NCBI GenBank assembly: GCA_977018835.1
Contig: OZ361256.1
Span: forward strand, 5,580,001-5,644,000
Source of the DNA: Minutocellus sp. GHC0000111
Lineage: Eukaryota
Direction: 5' to 3'
DNA: 64,000 bases
The notes beneath the pieces were generated by a model. That model was given only the letters and a program-made list of their open reading frames with translations. It was not told where the DNA came from and ran no database searches. The position numbers were made by a program, and so were the translations under genes. This document shows positions 45,397-59,674 of the stretch, in pieces (the first letter of the stretch is position 1; every line of letters begins with the position of its first letter).

Positions 45397-45801
45397 AGGT
45401 AGCCTAGTGGCAAAAGCCTAGCCGGATTTCCGTCAAACTCGTTGGTGTGGTGGTCTCGTCGAGATCAGGGTTGTTGAGCCTTTGATCGACCCTGTTGGAC
45501 CACTCGACGAGGTTGGTCGCTCGGAGGAGTGAAGCACCTTCCTCCCTAGCATTCTCAATGGTCTAGCTTCTTTCTCGCTGTGGGTGGCGCACCACCTTGT
45601 GGTGCTGCTGCTGCTGCATCAAAACAGTTACTTCTTAGCAGTCTAATATCAATTTTAAATGACATCAGAGTTGCATCAAAGAGAAGCAAGCTTTTCGATC
45701 GACAACGCAACGGCGCGCGCGCGGCTGAAATGAAAATTCCAGGTATCAACCAGCCATGACATCGTCATTCGCTGCTGCCGTCAATCGGCTTAACCAACAC
45801 A

Positions 45802-47090
45802 ATGCGACGCATGTTCCATTCCCTGGCACTGTTCTGCCTCATCGCCGCACCGTCCTCCGCTTTCATGACAGGCGGCGGACGAGCTGGCGGCGGACGCCTC
45901 GAGCTTGCCAACTGGAGGAACACGAACGCCAAATGCTACTCGCCCTCTGCCACGGCATCACTTTGGCACTTGCCATCCTCTTCTCCACATGCGCTGAATC
46001 GCAAAACCCTGCCAAGAACTGGTAGCAGTGCCATCGCTGCTGCATCGACCGCTGGTCCAATAGTCACGCCAACTGCCATGAGTGCCACACTAACTTTGGT
46101 GCTGGCATCGGACGTGTTGGGCAGGATGTTATCACGCCGTACCTAGGTACCACCAGAGGTACCGTGACCAGCACCACCAGCACCAGTCTCCAAGCAGCAA
46201 GTCTCGAAGAAGCCAGCCTCTACCGACCCTCATCTCCTTCTCCAGACAATGGCGACGGAACAACAACGTGGTCAGCACCAGCCCTCTTCACACCCGACGA
46301 TTCGAGACCCATCGTCCTGTTCGACGGTTCCTGTAATCTGTGCAACTGGGGAGTACAGCTCATGTTGGACCACGATTCCTGCAGCATGGATGCACGGGGG
46401 AATTTGAGAATAGCCGCACTGCAAAGTCGTGTCGGTGCCCTGCTGCTGGCGCGGCTGAACGATCGGACGAGTAAGGAGGTGCTGCGCAATGCTGCTGTGG
46501 GTGGAGATCAATACAAGAGTATTGTGGTTTGCGGGCCAAATCGTACGTGGACGAATACCGCAGCAGTGCTCAAGATGGGACGGAGCATGGGATTTCCGTT
46601 TCGACCTCTTGCATTGGTGGCGTGGCTGATCCCCCCATTCATACGAAATCTGGTGTACAGATGGCTGTCGCGCAATCGCAAGCGGCTGTTTGGTGAGCGT
46701 GACGAGTGTCGATTGTGGGACGACAGGTGGGATACACGCTTCGTCGACGATTCCTTATTGGGTGGTGAGGGAAGTCAGGGCGGAGACCTATTTGCCGATC
46801 CCAATGCGCCTGCACCAAGTACAGGCGATGAGGATGAAGGAGTATCGATCGAAAAGGGAGATGAAGTACGCATCACATCTCCTGAAGCAGTGGTTGTTCG
46901 TCATGCCGAAGCATTTCCAGAAGGTGTGTGCGTTAGCGGGTGTACTGGAGTCGTGAAAGAAGTCAATGCAAACAATTTAGTTGTACGTTTCGATCTCAGT
47001 GAATCTCTTGACGAGGACAAAGCAAAGAGTAGTGAGGGAACTGAATTCCAAGCCTACGTCACTATTGATCAAGTGACTAAGATACAATAA
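45802..47090 (+). CDS. Plastid-targeted DCC/DUF393 thiol-disulfide oxidoreductase with a C-terminal FTR-alpha-like domain; frame broken at 46140-46149
   Basis: 'SSA-F' bipartite signal; 'IVLFDGSCNLCN', 'AALQS..G', 'IP..IR..VY.W.SRNR..LFG...C'. Confidence 0.8.
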
Positions 47091-47157
47091 CATTCCATAG
47101 AAGTGCATGCAGGTCCGCCTTTTTGTTAACAACGAAGTGATAGTGTACTATTCCACC

Positions 47158-50100
47158 TTAATTCCAAGGAGCCCAGCCATGATATAGCATGCAGAGGTTG
47201 TCGGGATCTCTCGCCTCGTTGATGAGAAGCTGGACCTGGCCCTCCACGCTCTGTCTTTCCCCGGTATTGCCCTCCTCGTAGCCTTGAAGCTTCTGGTGGA
47301 TCTTCTGGATGGCACGAGTGGCGGCCTCATTCTGATTCTGCTCGTTGTTCTCATCCATGGCGCTGGAGGTCTGCTTGCCGATAGCACTGGCCAGAGCACC
47401 ATCAGCGGCTTCCTCTTCATCCTCGTCGGCGTCTTCATCATCGTCGCCGGCGTTCCGGGCACCGGCTCGCTGGACCTTTCGTGCCTGGAGGGGACTCATG
47501 GACCATTTGTACAACGGGTCGCTCACCACGGCGGAGAGAATGGTGAAGAGCGTCTCGGCATTGTCGCGAAGGACCGAGGCAGTGGCTTCGGCTGATAGCG
47601 AGAAACAACCCTCGGTACCAGAGGGACCCATTCCATCGACGACATCACGCGTTAGACGGAATGGCACAGTCTCGGGCGTATTGAGACACTGCGCACGAGA
47701 ATGTGTACCACAGAAAAAGGGGAAAAGATCGGATGGGTTAGAAACCAAATCAATAAAACGAGCACCAAAAGGGCATGGTCTTCGGGGGCCGAGGATTACT
47801 CACCTTGCCCTGCTCAAAGACGATTCCGAAGTCGATGTGTACTACCTCCCCCGTCTTCTGGTGGACAAGGATGTTGTTACAATGCCGATCGCCGATACCG
47901 AGGACATGGCCGACGATGCTGTTGACAGCAACTGATCGAGTGTAGGTGGTCCTGGCGGTATGCCACGCTTGCAACGAGTGGGCAAAGCGTTCGACGAAGA
48001 AGTACCGGAAGGCCGGAGAGATTCTCTTGCAAATCTCATCGAAGGCCTTTCTACGCTCATGAGTGGGAGCTTCCATGAAGTACATTTGGCAGAGCCTATT
48101 GCTCCATTCGCCGGGGAAGTATCTTGAGTGAGCTCCGATCCGATCCGACTTGGCTCCGCCCTTATCATTGAGAAAGTCGCCAAAGGGCATCGTATCATCT
48201 ACCCACTCGAGGACGCCGCTAACTGGAGAGAGGGGTATAATGTTGTACGTAACAAGGTTGAGGCTACGCGCTACACTCCTCTGCTGCCCGCCCCCTCCAT
48301 TGCCGCCCTGATTTGACGTCGAAGAAGTCCGCGGAGATCGCAACAGATTGTTTACGGTGGAAAATACTTGTTGCATGACAGCATCCTGTCGGATGTCGTC
48401 TTCTCCCTTCACGAGTTGCTTGAATATACCACCCTTGCTTCCAATGCATTTTACAATTTTGGGACGATGGATGCCAGTATCGGTGATGGAAAAGTTCGGA
48501 TCAAATGTTTCGATGCGCTCAGAGCCGATGGGGTCATCGTTGCCGTGTCCGTAATCGCAGCCGGGACGGAGCATTGGGGGCTTTGTCAAGACACACGGGG
48601 CGCATTTGAAGTTCCTCTTGCCGCCAGAGCTTAGAATCTGATCCAAGCTTTTCTGGGTGCTTCGGCCGCCTCCACTCTTGGCGACGCTAAGAGCAATCTT
48701 CTTCGGAGGAGGCTTGCTCTTGTCCTTCTTGTCGCCGTGGAACTTGCTTGTCGGAAACATGGCAAGGTCGATGTAACCATTGGAAATGGCAATATAGGAC
48801 TCGACGAGGGATGCCACATACGACGAGGAGTCTTTGAGACGTTTTAAGGACTCGAGAATGCTGATGGAGGCGTCAACCTTGGAGTTCCCGCCGTACTGTA
48901 GGTAAGCGTTGGTACGTCCAGGTGCGTCAGAGGCGGCGACCTTGCTGCCGTTGGCCAATGTAATGAGCTGAATCAGGCAGTGGTATGGGTGATCTGTGCA
49001 CATCTTGAGAACAAGGCTACGGAGGGTGGCCTGGAAGTCGGAGGCGTCCCCCTCGCTGGCACTATCAATGCGAGCAAAGATCTGATACGTAAGAGGAACA
49101 AAGTGATGAGTAGACACAGAATCTTGGTATTGTCGCATCAGTTCATTGACGCCGAAATCGGTCGAGTTGGCAAACCAAAGAGAAACCATTCTGAATATAT
49201 GCTTCGAAACATCTTCGGTCATTGTGGACGGATTGTGGATCGACAACGCCTTTGCGAAGGACTCGATGGCAAGGTGGAGATACTCCGACACGGCCCTTTC
49301 GACTGTCTTTCTATCCTTTTCTTCCATCTTGAGTTCCTTCTTGAGGGTACTGACGTGGATCACCAGCTCTCGATGCTCTTTCCGAGTCATTTCCTCGAGA
49401 GTCTGTTTTGTTCTTGACTGCGCGCCCGTTCTGGCAGTGCCCGATCGAGCGGATGACTTGGATTTCGTTTCGGCATTCTCCTTGTTTGCCTTTTCCAGCA
49501 TTTTGTTGCATATGGCCAGCTCTGCTCTGCGTTCGTCTGCGGTTACTCTGGCTCTTTTCCATTCTTGACTTTTTACTTTCTCAACAACATTATCGTGCAA
49601 CGACGCGACAAAAGCGGCGAGGGCAAATTGGGACTGAGCTGCACGCTGGCCATTGACCACAGATTTGTTTCTTTCGTAGACTTTCAGAGCCATGGACGAG
49701 GCCGGTTTCAGATAATCTTGAAGAATCGTCTTGCCAGACTCAACCTTGTACTCTACCATCAAGTCGCCACAGAGAATTCCAGCATCGGACATCACGGCAC
49801 GGTGTTGTTCTTTTACACTATCGGCAGCCCCACTGAGATTGCTACTCTTCATCTTGTTGAGCACAAGCTTGCATGTTCGAATGGCAGATCCAAAGTTACC
49901 CTTGGCGCTGTCTAGTCTCGCATCTTCGAGGTGGAGGCGAAGGGATGAGTGCAGTTTGGAGAAAGTGTCGCCTGACGATGACTCGGATACTTCCATAACA
50001 TTTCGAAGTCGTTGTAGGCAGGTGCCTGCCACCTCTGAATGGTTGCATTGACGTGCCAGGGCGGAAAATTCAAACAAATGAGAAGTAAGGGCGGAACGTA

Positions 50101-53100
50101 GGAGACGAGCATCTTCGGGGCGCTTTTGAGCGGACACTCTGAGCGCGACTTCGCGTATTGACATGAGGAAGTCGAGGCTTGAAAACCCGACATTGGGCTG
50201 AAAGCCAACATGATGCCCCGCATTGGCCATAAGTGAAGAGGAAATGCCCGCGTCATCGTCAGTATGTCCAATGACTTTCAGGGCGGAGGACACCGGTTGC
50301 TGAAGACTCCCAAACATACCACCTTTCATCTTGTCGACTTCGTTCAAGGCCTGGGTGACAAGTAATAGGTTTGCAAGGAATGGAATGAAAATTAGATAAA
50401 ATTTCTATCAAAATAACTTTGGTTCGGACGAGTAAAGGAAGTAGAAGGACTTACCATGAGCTTGGTTGAAGAGTCTGGTAGAGCTGCCATCAGCGATTCG
50501 TTGCCGACGGAAGAACATAATTCATCCAAAAGGGCCTGCCGGGCATCCATTACGGCCTTTGAGTGACTATCTGACTCTTCGTCCAATGCACTATTGAACG
50601 CAATATTGATGAATTCGTTCATACCTCGGTCGTTTAGTCCTCCTCCACTCCATGCAACTTCAGACTCATATCGTCCGCGTTGCATCAAGGAAGTATCGGC
50701 GGGCCCACCAGAGTGAATTCCTGCGGTCAAAGTGGGAGATCCGGAGTCATCTGGAGCTGCTGACAAGAGTGTGTCATCCCACTGAAGCGTTCGCCATGAC
50801 TCTTCGAACCACTGGTCTTTGAGCTTTGCCTCGGTTTGTTGAGAATGAAGATCACCACTTCCCTCCAGACCAACCATGTATTGTTTCATGATGTGGCGAA
50901 GGCCGACAGTCTTGAGGTGGGAAGTGATAGCAAGAGCATTGGAAGAGTATTCGCTACGTTGTGGTCGTTGCTGCTGCATATCCAGTGCGAGCAAGCTGTC
51001 CCAATCATTGGAAGAAGGTATGTCCGAAGGTCCTTCTTGAGCCATCGAGGTGCCACCTGCGTCGTGATAGAAGCGAATTGCTGCATCTTGAGTCTGGATC
51101 CCCTCGAGCCCGTCAGATTCACGGAATTGGGATAGACACTTCTTGGTGATATCGGACAACTCCAGAACAATGCGGCTATCTGCAACGGAGTCCGATGCTG
51201 ACTCTGAGTGCAGACCAAATCCGCTAATGTCTATTGCAGCATCGCGGCAAGACGAAGAGTCATTCTTGGATAGTCGCTCAAAGATGCAACCAGACCCTCC
51301 AAACCGATTGTCTGCAAACATTTCCGAGTAGAACAAAGCTGACGCATACCTATTGGCCCGAAGACAAGCCCGTGCTACGTCAAGACCCGAGAGGTGGAGC
51401 ACAATGCCGAATGGAACTCCCCGCCATTCCGGAGTTGCGGGCAGGTCGGTAGTGTACTGCGAATCATCAAGACTATCGTCAGTTGTCCTCTTTCTCTTGG
51501 CTGCTTTTTTTTTGCCAGCCAGGTCGGCCTTTTTGGTTGGAAGTTTGATTGTGTTCTTCTTATGGCTCGGTGAAGTCATCCATCGATACTGGACCACACG
51601 CCTCAATGAATCCAGGGTATCTACGATGATTTCCAGAGCTTTCGTATCGGTCTCGATAGCTGCGCTTGGTACTTCTTGTGATGCAACGGGGTTGTGGAGG
51701 GAAGGGTTAATCAGATAGGAAAAGCATCTTGTCAAGATGCGGTTTGTTTCACTGTCTGATTCTCCGACGGAGACCTCCGACCGGATGGCATCGTTCGAAC
51801 GAGAGTTGCCTTTTGAGTCGTCAGACGAAAGCAAATCGAAGACGAGACCAGGGAATATCGACGCGGCAAATTCAGCCTCCCTCGCGCACATTGGGAGAAG
51901 GCAGTGGAAGTACGCCCCTTCCGTTGAGGATGACTTGGCTTCTGAAGCAGAATGTTTCCGGCCACAACTGTAGCGACAAAATATTATGGAGCATACCAGA
52001 TCACAAATCCATTCTTCGTAGGAAGTTTCACTTCCCTCAGGACAAACCCAGAGACCTTGGTTCCAGCACCAAGTATCGCAGTTGATATCTCCTTCGTCAC
52101 CACTTTTCTGAAAGAGCCGATCGATGTACCTTTTTTCCAGCTCAGGGAGGTCAGATCTGTGGAGTTTTCTGCCATGCGCAGTGAGAGGGCCTAAAAGATG
52201 ACGAATCTCATCGTCAAGGTCCATTTTCTTCCAGCAGCGCTGCCCTTCGCGGGTTCGAATGAGAAACTTGGCAGTGTCCTTGGCCGCAATAGCGGTCTCA
52301 GAGTTGGGAGACTTGAAGTAATTTGCTAGGAGCCGAAAGACTGCCAACTCCATAGTGACAACGGGGTCGTGATGCAGCTCGTCTTCCTCCCCTTCCTCTG
52401 TCTCGGCAAGGGCATGGGTGGCTGTTAAATTGCGGAAAGATGTGAGATCGAACGAGCTAAGCTCGCCGATACATCGACTCGATGCAACACGCACTGTGCT
52501 TGGAAAATTTTCATGGCAAACCTTAAAGAGCACCTGAATGGTCTTGTAGAGCAAAGGACCGAAGGAAATTTCCGATGCGGCGCTATCTTTCAGAGGAGAC
52601 AGCGCAAATACCTGCTCAAGTCGAGCAAGACCTGATACCAGCGAACGAAGGTGGACACCATGAGCTCCAGACTCAGCGGAGTCAGATCCAAATTGGTGCC
52701 GACGGAACAATGAGAGAAATCTCTCGAGCTCATGCTCGATATCGCACGAAGATAAATCATCGTTAGATGTGGCAGTTTCTCCTTTTCGATCATTGAAGCG
52801 AAGGAGAAGCGCTGTGAGAGAGAACTTTAAGTTTTCCTTTGTGAGTGCATCGATCTCGTCCTTTGATAACGAAGAACTTGGGAGAGGATCTATCTTGGCA
52901 AAAACACCATCGAGTTCTTCTGGGCTCTTGAGTAGGACCAATTCCAAGAGATCGTAGATTTTGGTGATGGCCTCAAAGGCTGTGGGTCTACTAGTACTGA
53001 CCTTCAAGTTGCTCCTTGCCAGTGCAGATACAATGTCGTCGACGCCAAGATTAGACGTGTCCGTAACTGCATCCGCGCCAGCACGAGTTCCCCTGTCCCA

Positions 53101-56100
53101 TCCCCAAACATCTCCGTCATCGTCATTCCCGATGCCTGCACCCGATCGGTCTGGAAGAAGCCCCTTGATTCTCCTTGATTCTCTCTCGCCTCTTCTCCAA
53201 GCATCAATGGATGCGTTGATGATGGAGCTCTGGTAGGTCTCGTGCAAATAAACCAGTGAAGGTAGAACTTCGTTCATCATCAACAGTGTCTGGTCGTCGT
53301 TCCAGTCAATTGTGCCCTTCTCTGAACGCAACATGGTTGCCATGACGTCGAAGAGCTTCGACAATACCTGCGGTCGCAGAATTTCAAAGCGCACATCGAG
53401 AAGAATACTCAGAAGGGTATGCATCACAAAACCCATTTGGCTCTTTGTCTTGTCGAGCTCGCTAATAGTCTGATCGCAGATGCACTCAATGACCTGCCAA
53501 GATCGCTGCTCCTGGGTTCTAGTTGCGGCCTGATCCATCCAACCGCGAGCATCAAGAAGACACTCCGTTGAGCTACTGCCAGCACGCTCAAATAGCCCGC
53601 TTGTTGACTTTGTGCCCGAGTTGAGACCTGTTGAAACGTATTCGATGGCCGATAAAAAGGACGGGCTGGGGAGAGAGTACTTCCCGAAAGATATGCGTCT
53701 GCCATTCAGACGAAGCGCCTCGTGAACAACCAAGTGAGAGATGCGAGCAGCCTGCTTGGAGATAATTTCTTCCGAGATAACACCCTTTAAGGCGCCTATG
53801 GCACCGGTTGCCTTCTTGGTGACGAGCTCTTTCATGGCCTGTCGCTCATCTTCGTCGGCTTTGTCATCCAGGATGTTTTCGTCGTCGCTGATGCCATCTG
53901 TATCCTCTGAGCATTGAAAGATGGGGAAAAGAAGGGCATAGATATCGTGAATGTGATTCTTGAGGACGGTGGAGATGTCACCGTCGCTTTTGCCACCCTT
54001 TATGATAGTGCTGGCGTCCTCCATTAACTTCCAAGCATCTTTGGACCATCCTTGTTCAATTTCTTCGTCATCGTCGTCTTCGTTGCTGACTTCCGACGAT
54101 AGCTTGGGCGACTCGAGTACAATTAGGGGGATGAGTGTCGAAGCAACAGCATCAACATACTGCGACGCTGCGTCGCCCTCGAGGCGATCAAGGTCGATTG
54201 TGGCGCCTTCTGCGCCTTCCACGGCGACCTCTTGGTTGGCGACCGTTTCCGATTGGCTCTCTGATGGTTTGTGACCCGATATAGCTTGCGATGGAAGCAG
54301 TCGAAGAAGTGACCGCACAGTTGGTGACGAAGTGACAACGAGGGGGAAATAGGTGAGCTCTACACGAAGATTGAGTAGCTCTTGGAGGATCCACTCTCTT
54401 TCCTGTCCGAATAAATCCTCGAGGTTGGAGTATCCTCGCGATATGGCAGCGTGCTCACAAGCACGATAGCACGGCATCAGAAGCGATGGTCGTTCCATCG
54501 AAAGACGAACCAGGTGGAGGATGTTTTCAAGCGCAATATCTTCATCTTGAGTAGAAGCGGCGATGACGCCCCGACATTTGATTGAGCAGTACTCCATAGA
54601 CGCCCGCGCATCCTGCCACGCTCGAAATTCTATGGGATTTTCACCTTCCGTAACATTCATCCTCTCCTTCAGCCAACGGACGTAGTGCTTTTTGACCCGA
54701 TCTTCGTCGCCAGTCAGCGATAATGGGGCCAGTACTCTGATCACGCTCTTGACGATCGGTCGCTGATTGGGAAGTGCTTTCAATGCTGCTGCAACAGCTT
54801 CAGTTGCGACCTCACGAACTTGACTATCGATACTGCAGATACTCGGAATGACAAAGGCGGTAGCATAGGTACCATCGAACATTGAATGAAAGGAATCGCT
54901 TCCTCCAAGAAATGCTCGGATTGCCGCGTTGAGTTGATGAGATTTCATCCTATGCCTTCTTCTGAGAGAGCGCTGTAGAATCATTCAATAAAAAGAAATT
55001 ACAAGAGGATTTGTAGGAGCGGAGGAAAACTTACGTGAGAGAAACGAGAAAACAGCAAGAGTACTGGGAAAGAGAAATAGAAAGGTCGCCAGATACATGA
55101 AACAAAAAAGCATCAACTGCAAAACTCACACGCATCCTTTTAGCAACATTCTCAGTATCGCTGCTCTTCGAAGCATTCCCTTCGGGGTGGAGTAAATTGA
55201 TCAAGAACCTTGTGTCATTTTTCGGCATATCATAGTCCTCTCCCATTTGGACCAAGGTTGCGATGGTCCCGAAGCCAGTGAGATGCAAGGCTGATGCTGA
55301 AGTGTCTGTTGCTCGAACAGTATCAATAATGTCGGCGCACGTGTAGACGACCGTTTCTTCCTCCTCATCTTCTTTGTCGCTTTCATCTGCTTCAACGGCA
55401 GCCAATCTCTCACGAAGTAAGACGTCACTTTGCATGAGTAAACCCAAGCAGGCCAGTGCATCTGTCCGGTCAATGGTAGTAACCGCCGGATTTTGGTCAT
55501 CTTCGTCGAGAAAGTCTGGCCATACAAGACATTCCGTGATATTTTTGCAACAGTCCACAGAAGGATCTACCACCAACATTGTTGCCGCAGCGAGCCACGC
55601 TCCACTCGGATGAGGCGGTTCTGGCGCGCTACTACCTGTTCTTCTTGAAGTAGCAGCATCGCTTCCGCGATGGGCCCGGATCGGAATCCTCGATGACCCA
55701 TTGGGGCCTCCTCTTCGTCTCTTGTCCCCCCTATTGACGTTGGCGGACATTAGGTGTTCTTCATCGGAATCATCAAAACCATCAGAGTCGTCATCAATTG
55801 GTTTCATCCTACTAGCCGAAGTGCCACCGACAACCCTCGAAAGTCCCGCGCTGGAGCCAAAGTCTTCGTCGTCCGAATCGTCAAAGTCTCCGAAGCTATT
55901 GTCGCTAAAACGATTGCCGGCTCTTCCCGTCGAGTTAGCTCTGCCGTACCTACCCGGCGCGCCGCGAGCATTTTGAGACGCTCTACCGCTGTTCGATACG
56001 AGCGGACTCTGTTGCTGACCGGCCGAGCCATCATCGGAGCGCTTGGCGTAAAATTGGAGAGAACGGTAGCATTCATCATAGAGGCGCTTGGCGTTGGCTC

Positions 56101-59100
56101 CGTAAGCACGAATGATGGTGTGACAGCCAAGAGAAGAAAGACAAAGCAGCGAGCGGAATATCCCGAGTAAGTCGGTCATCGAAGCTTCAAATTCATTACG
56201 CGTCAATTTCGATAGACGTTCTAGCGATGATTCAATACTGGATGCAATCTCGTCTTCAAGTGGGACAAGGTTCTTGACACAGGACGCGAGATCATCATCC
56301 GCCAGGGCCAAAGAAATCAAGGATTTTGTTGCAAGAGCGCCGGCATTTTCCTTTCCCGCAACAGGTGCTTCATCGCCAGTTCCAGCGTCTAATTCACTAT
56401 CATCTCCGGTGGCTGATTCTCGATCCATCAACGCTTGGGTTGATGCATTAGCTGCATTGATCACACACTGTTTGACGAATGCAATAGATAATTCTCGCAG
56501 CGTTTTCGCCTGTGCTGGCGATGCAATGTTTGTGTCGGACAGAGCCAGCAGCTTCTCGAGCACCTTGACATCGTCATCACGTGTATCGCGAAAGGATGCT
56601 AAATGATGAAGCGACATTTGTCCCCAAAGCATCCCAAAGAAGGAATCATCTGCATCCGTGATGAGATTTGTGATTTGAGGCGGCATCAAGTGGTCCCTCC
56701 AAAGAGCAGTGAGGGGTTCGTCTGTCGGCAGCGTCCGTGGCTGGTAATTGAGAAAATCTCGAGCTGTGTCGACCACCCCAAAGGTCGATTTACCACCGAA
56801 CGAAAACGACGTTGGGAAGGATGTTTCATTTCTACCGATTAGGACCGTCGCACATTCACAGGCGAGGGGCATGATATGCCTCAGAATACTATCGGAAGGT
56901 CGCACTGTAGTAGCTTCTTGAATGAAGCGGAGACAAAAGACTAAGAGGCGGAAACGACGACTCTGGGCGAGCTGCGAAATGTGTAAGTCGGAATCCTCTT
57001 CTTCGCCGAATACTTCCAGTACAATCTCAGTAGTCCCAAGTGCGGACCGATTGATAGCATCGGATCCGTGCTCCAAGAGACCAGCACGTCGGATCGTCTG
57101 TGATATCAACTCGAAAGGAGCCCGAGTTTGAACCTGCGTGGCATCTCGGAATGCCGGCAAGGTCCAAATCTTGGCATCGGTAAAAGAAGAAAGATTACTC
57201 CTGGATACAGAAGAACTGCTACTGAAGAGCGCTGGCAACTTGGGATCGACCAGTAAGAGGGAATTGATCTCCGTCAGGAGCATGAGAACAAGCTCGCCCA
57301 ATGAACCCTCATATGCACTTGCAGTGTAGGAAGCATATTTCAAGTCTGATCGCAATAGCGTTTTGTAGACGTCCGTCCAAACATTGACCAAAGCCATAGC
57401 AGCCTCTCGTTCCTTGTCTGTCTTCACCTCTCGGCAGGCAAAGAGGGAAGGACCGGTCAGTTTGAGGAGGCAAGTGAGCGCCCACATCTGCACATTCGCG
57501 TCGCCACTCGCCCCGCCATTGGACACGAGAATCGTCAATGCAATGTATACGATGGACGCAGTATCAATCGACGATGCAACCTTCTGTCGCACTGTGTGAG
57601 GTAGGACTACGTTTGAAGCCTGGTATTCTTTCCAACTCTTGTTATCCAGGGACCAGCACGATCCAGATGGGAAGGCATCGGCGCATGCGCACAGAAGTCT
57701 GAGATACGCCACCAACGATGAGGGCGCGCTGGCAAATTTGCTTCCGCTTGCCTCCACCATGACAGCTAACGCTCTCATCATTGGGAGCGCCGAAGAATCG
57801 CAAATGAAAGAACCCACATCTGACGGATCATGGGTATCTCCACGCAACGACCGCGCCCTCGCGGCCGTCTCGGTCATTGTCATTGTGGCAGTCGGCGCTG
57901 TCAATGCCGGACCAGTCTCCTCGATTTTGGGGAGGAATCGTTTTGCGCAAAGCATAGAAGCAATCTGAAGGAGGAAGGGAGAGTCGGAAGCATCCAGTGG
58001 CACCGTGCCTTGTCCGGAAGCATCCTCTCCGAACAATATCATGTCGGTAGGATTGCTTGAAGACGCCACTTCTTTTTTCGCGGCCCAATATCTCTGTGCA
58101 CAGTAGAGAAGGCGTGCAGATAGCTCTAAATGACGGCGCTGGCGCCTCGTCAGAGAAGACCACTCGGCTCCCTGCCGCTTAATCTTCTGCCCACCCGACG
58201 AACGTTGCCTCTTCCTCTTGCGCGATTGGGCTGCATCAGTCGCAATTACGGGGAAGGTCTCGGCCATCTGCTTGTCACTTGTCAACATAGCTAGTATCGA
58301 GTCGACTTGAGATGGGCTCAACGAAGCCCTGCCGATATCACCGAGGTCACCGGGTATGAGCCCCTGCATCTTGCCGGCTATTTCGCAAACGTATCTGCAA
58401 ACGAAGAAGATGTGCATCGGTGGTGATAGTGAGTCAAACGAGAAGCCAACTTTGTAACAAAGCAGAAGAAGAGCGAGCGAAACACACCAATGCTACACCA
58501 TAAATAAAATGCAACAAAAAACCACAAGCATCCGAACTTGATCCAATCTGAATCTCATACTAGCCAGCACTCACAAATGAGCCGAGAAGTAATCGATCAG
58601 GACATCCCGAGGTTGGCCAGAGGTCAACGTGAAGCTCTTCTTCACCAACGCCAGAATGTACCGTCCGTTCTCCCTCATAATCGGGACGCATTGGTCGGGA
58701 TGCGTCAGGAGCAGACTGGTCGCCGCCGAAATGACATAATGCAAACACTGGTTGGCCGTCTGCCGCGGCTGGGACGACGACAGCTTGCACCACGTCACGA
58801 TGAGGTCGAAGCACGACGCCAACCGCATGTGCATCCCGCATCCCAACGAGATGGTGTAGTGATAGATGAGGTTGGCCAACGTTTTGGCGGCATTCTCCAT
58901 GATGGCCATCCGGGTGGCGGCCGTGGCCTCGGCTCCGCCCAATATCCGTCCCTTCTTGGGCAAAAGTCGTTCCTCGATCTCTGACAGTATGTACTCCACG
59001 TCCTTATCGGTGGCAAAGTGAGCCACGTAATCCGACCGGGAGCACAAAGTGCTCAGCGTGTTCATCAGATCTGGTTCGCCCTCCTCCCTGCATTCCTCAT

Positions 59101-59674
59101 CCGCTAGAGCCTGGAGGCAGAATTCCAGCAGCTTTTGAATCTCCTTGGAGGTGAGGCGGGTCCGACATCTGGGATCGGCCAGGGAGGTTGGTTGGTTGGA
59201 CGTTGAGGAGGAGGAGGATCCTGCACCACCACTGCTACTTCCAATACCACCACCAGAACCACCACCAGCCGTCCTGCTGCCACTTCCACCGCCATACATC
59301 CCCATGCGCACGCTGTTACTCAAACCATCCTCCCCACCAAAGATATTCGGCAGATACTGCCCACTGTCCTTATCCGCCAACAGCAAAATCGCCCCGGGCA
59401 GCCGCAGATCGGGCGTCGTAATCTTGGTCCGTCGCGCCCCCTCGATCAACCGCTGGGCGGCCGCGACGGAGTTGGCCACCGCCAGGCGCCACACGCTGGC
59501 AATCTTGAGGGGATCGTGGCCCGTCTCCCGTCCCAGCCGGGACTGGTACTTGGCATCCCCCAGGAGGTTGCGCAGCTCTTCGGAGGCCTTGCGACGGGCC
59601 GTGACGGTCGTGGCGTTGGACAGGGTGTTGCACAGATCTCGGACCTGCTCGTAGGCCGAGGCATGGCGGGACAT
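47158..59674 (-). CDS. ATM: ATM/Tel1 PIKK kinase; introns 58395-58574, 54973-55129, 50351-50454, 47689-47803
   Basis: 'KQLVKGEDDIRQDAVMQQVF', 'GIGDRH..NIL', 'HIDFG..FEQG', 'PETVPFRLTRD', FATC 'LYHGWAPW', 'DHPYH'; four GT-AG introns join the ORFs. Confidence 0.95.
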
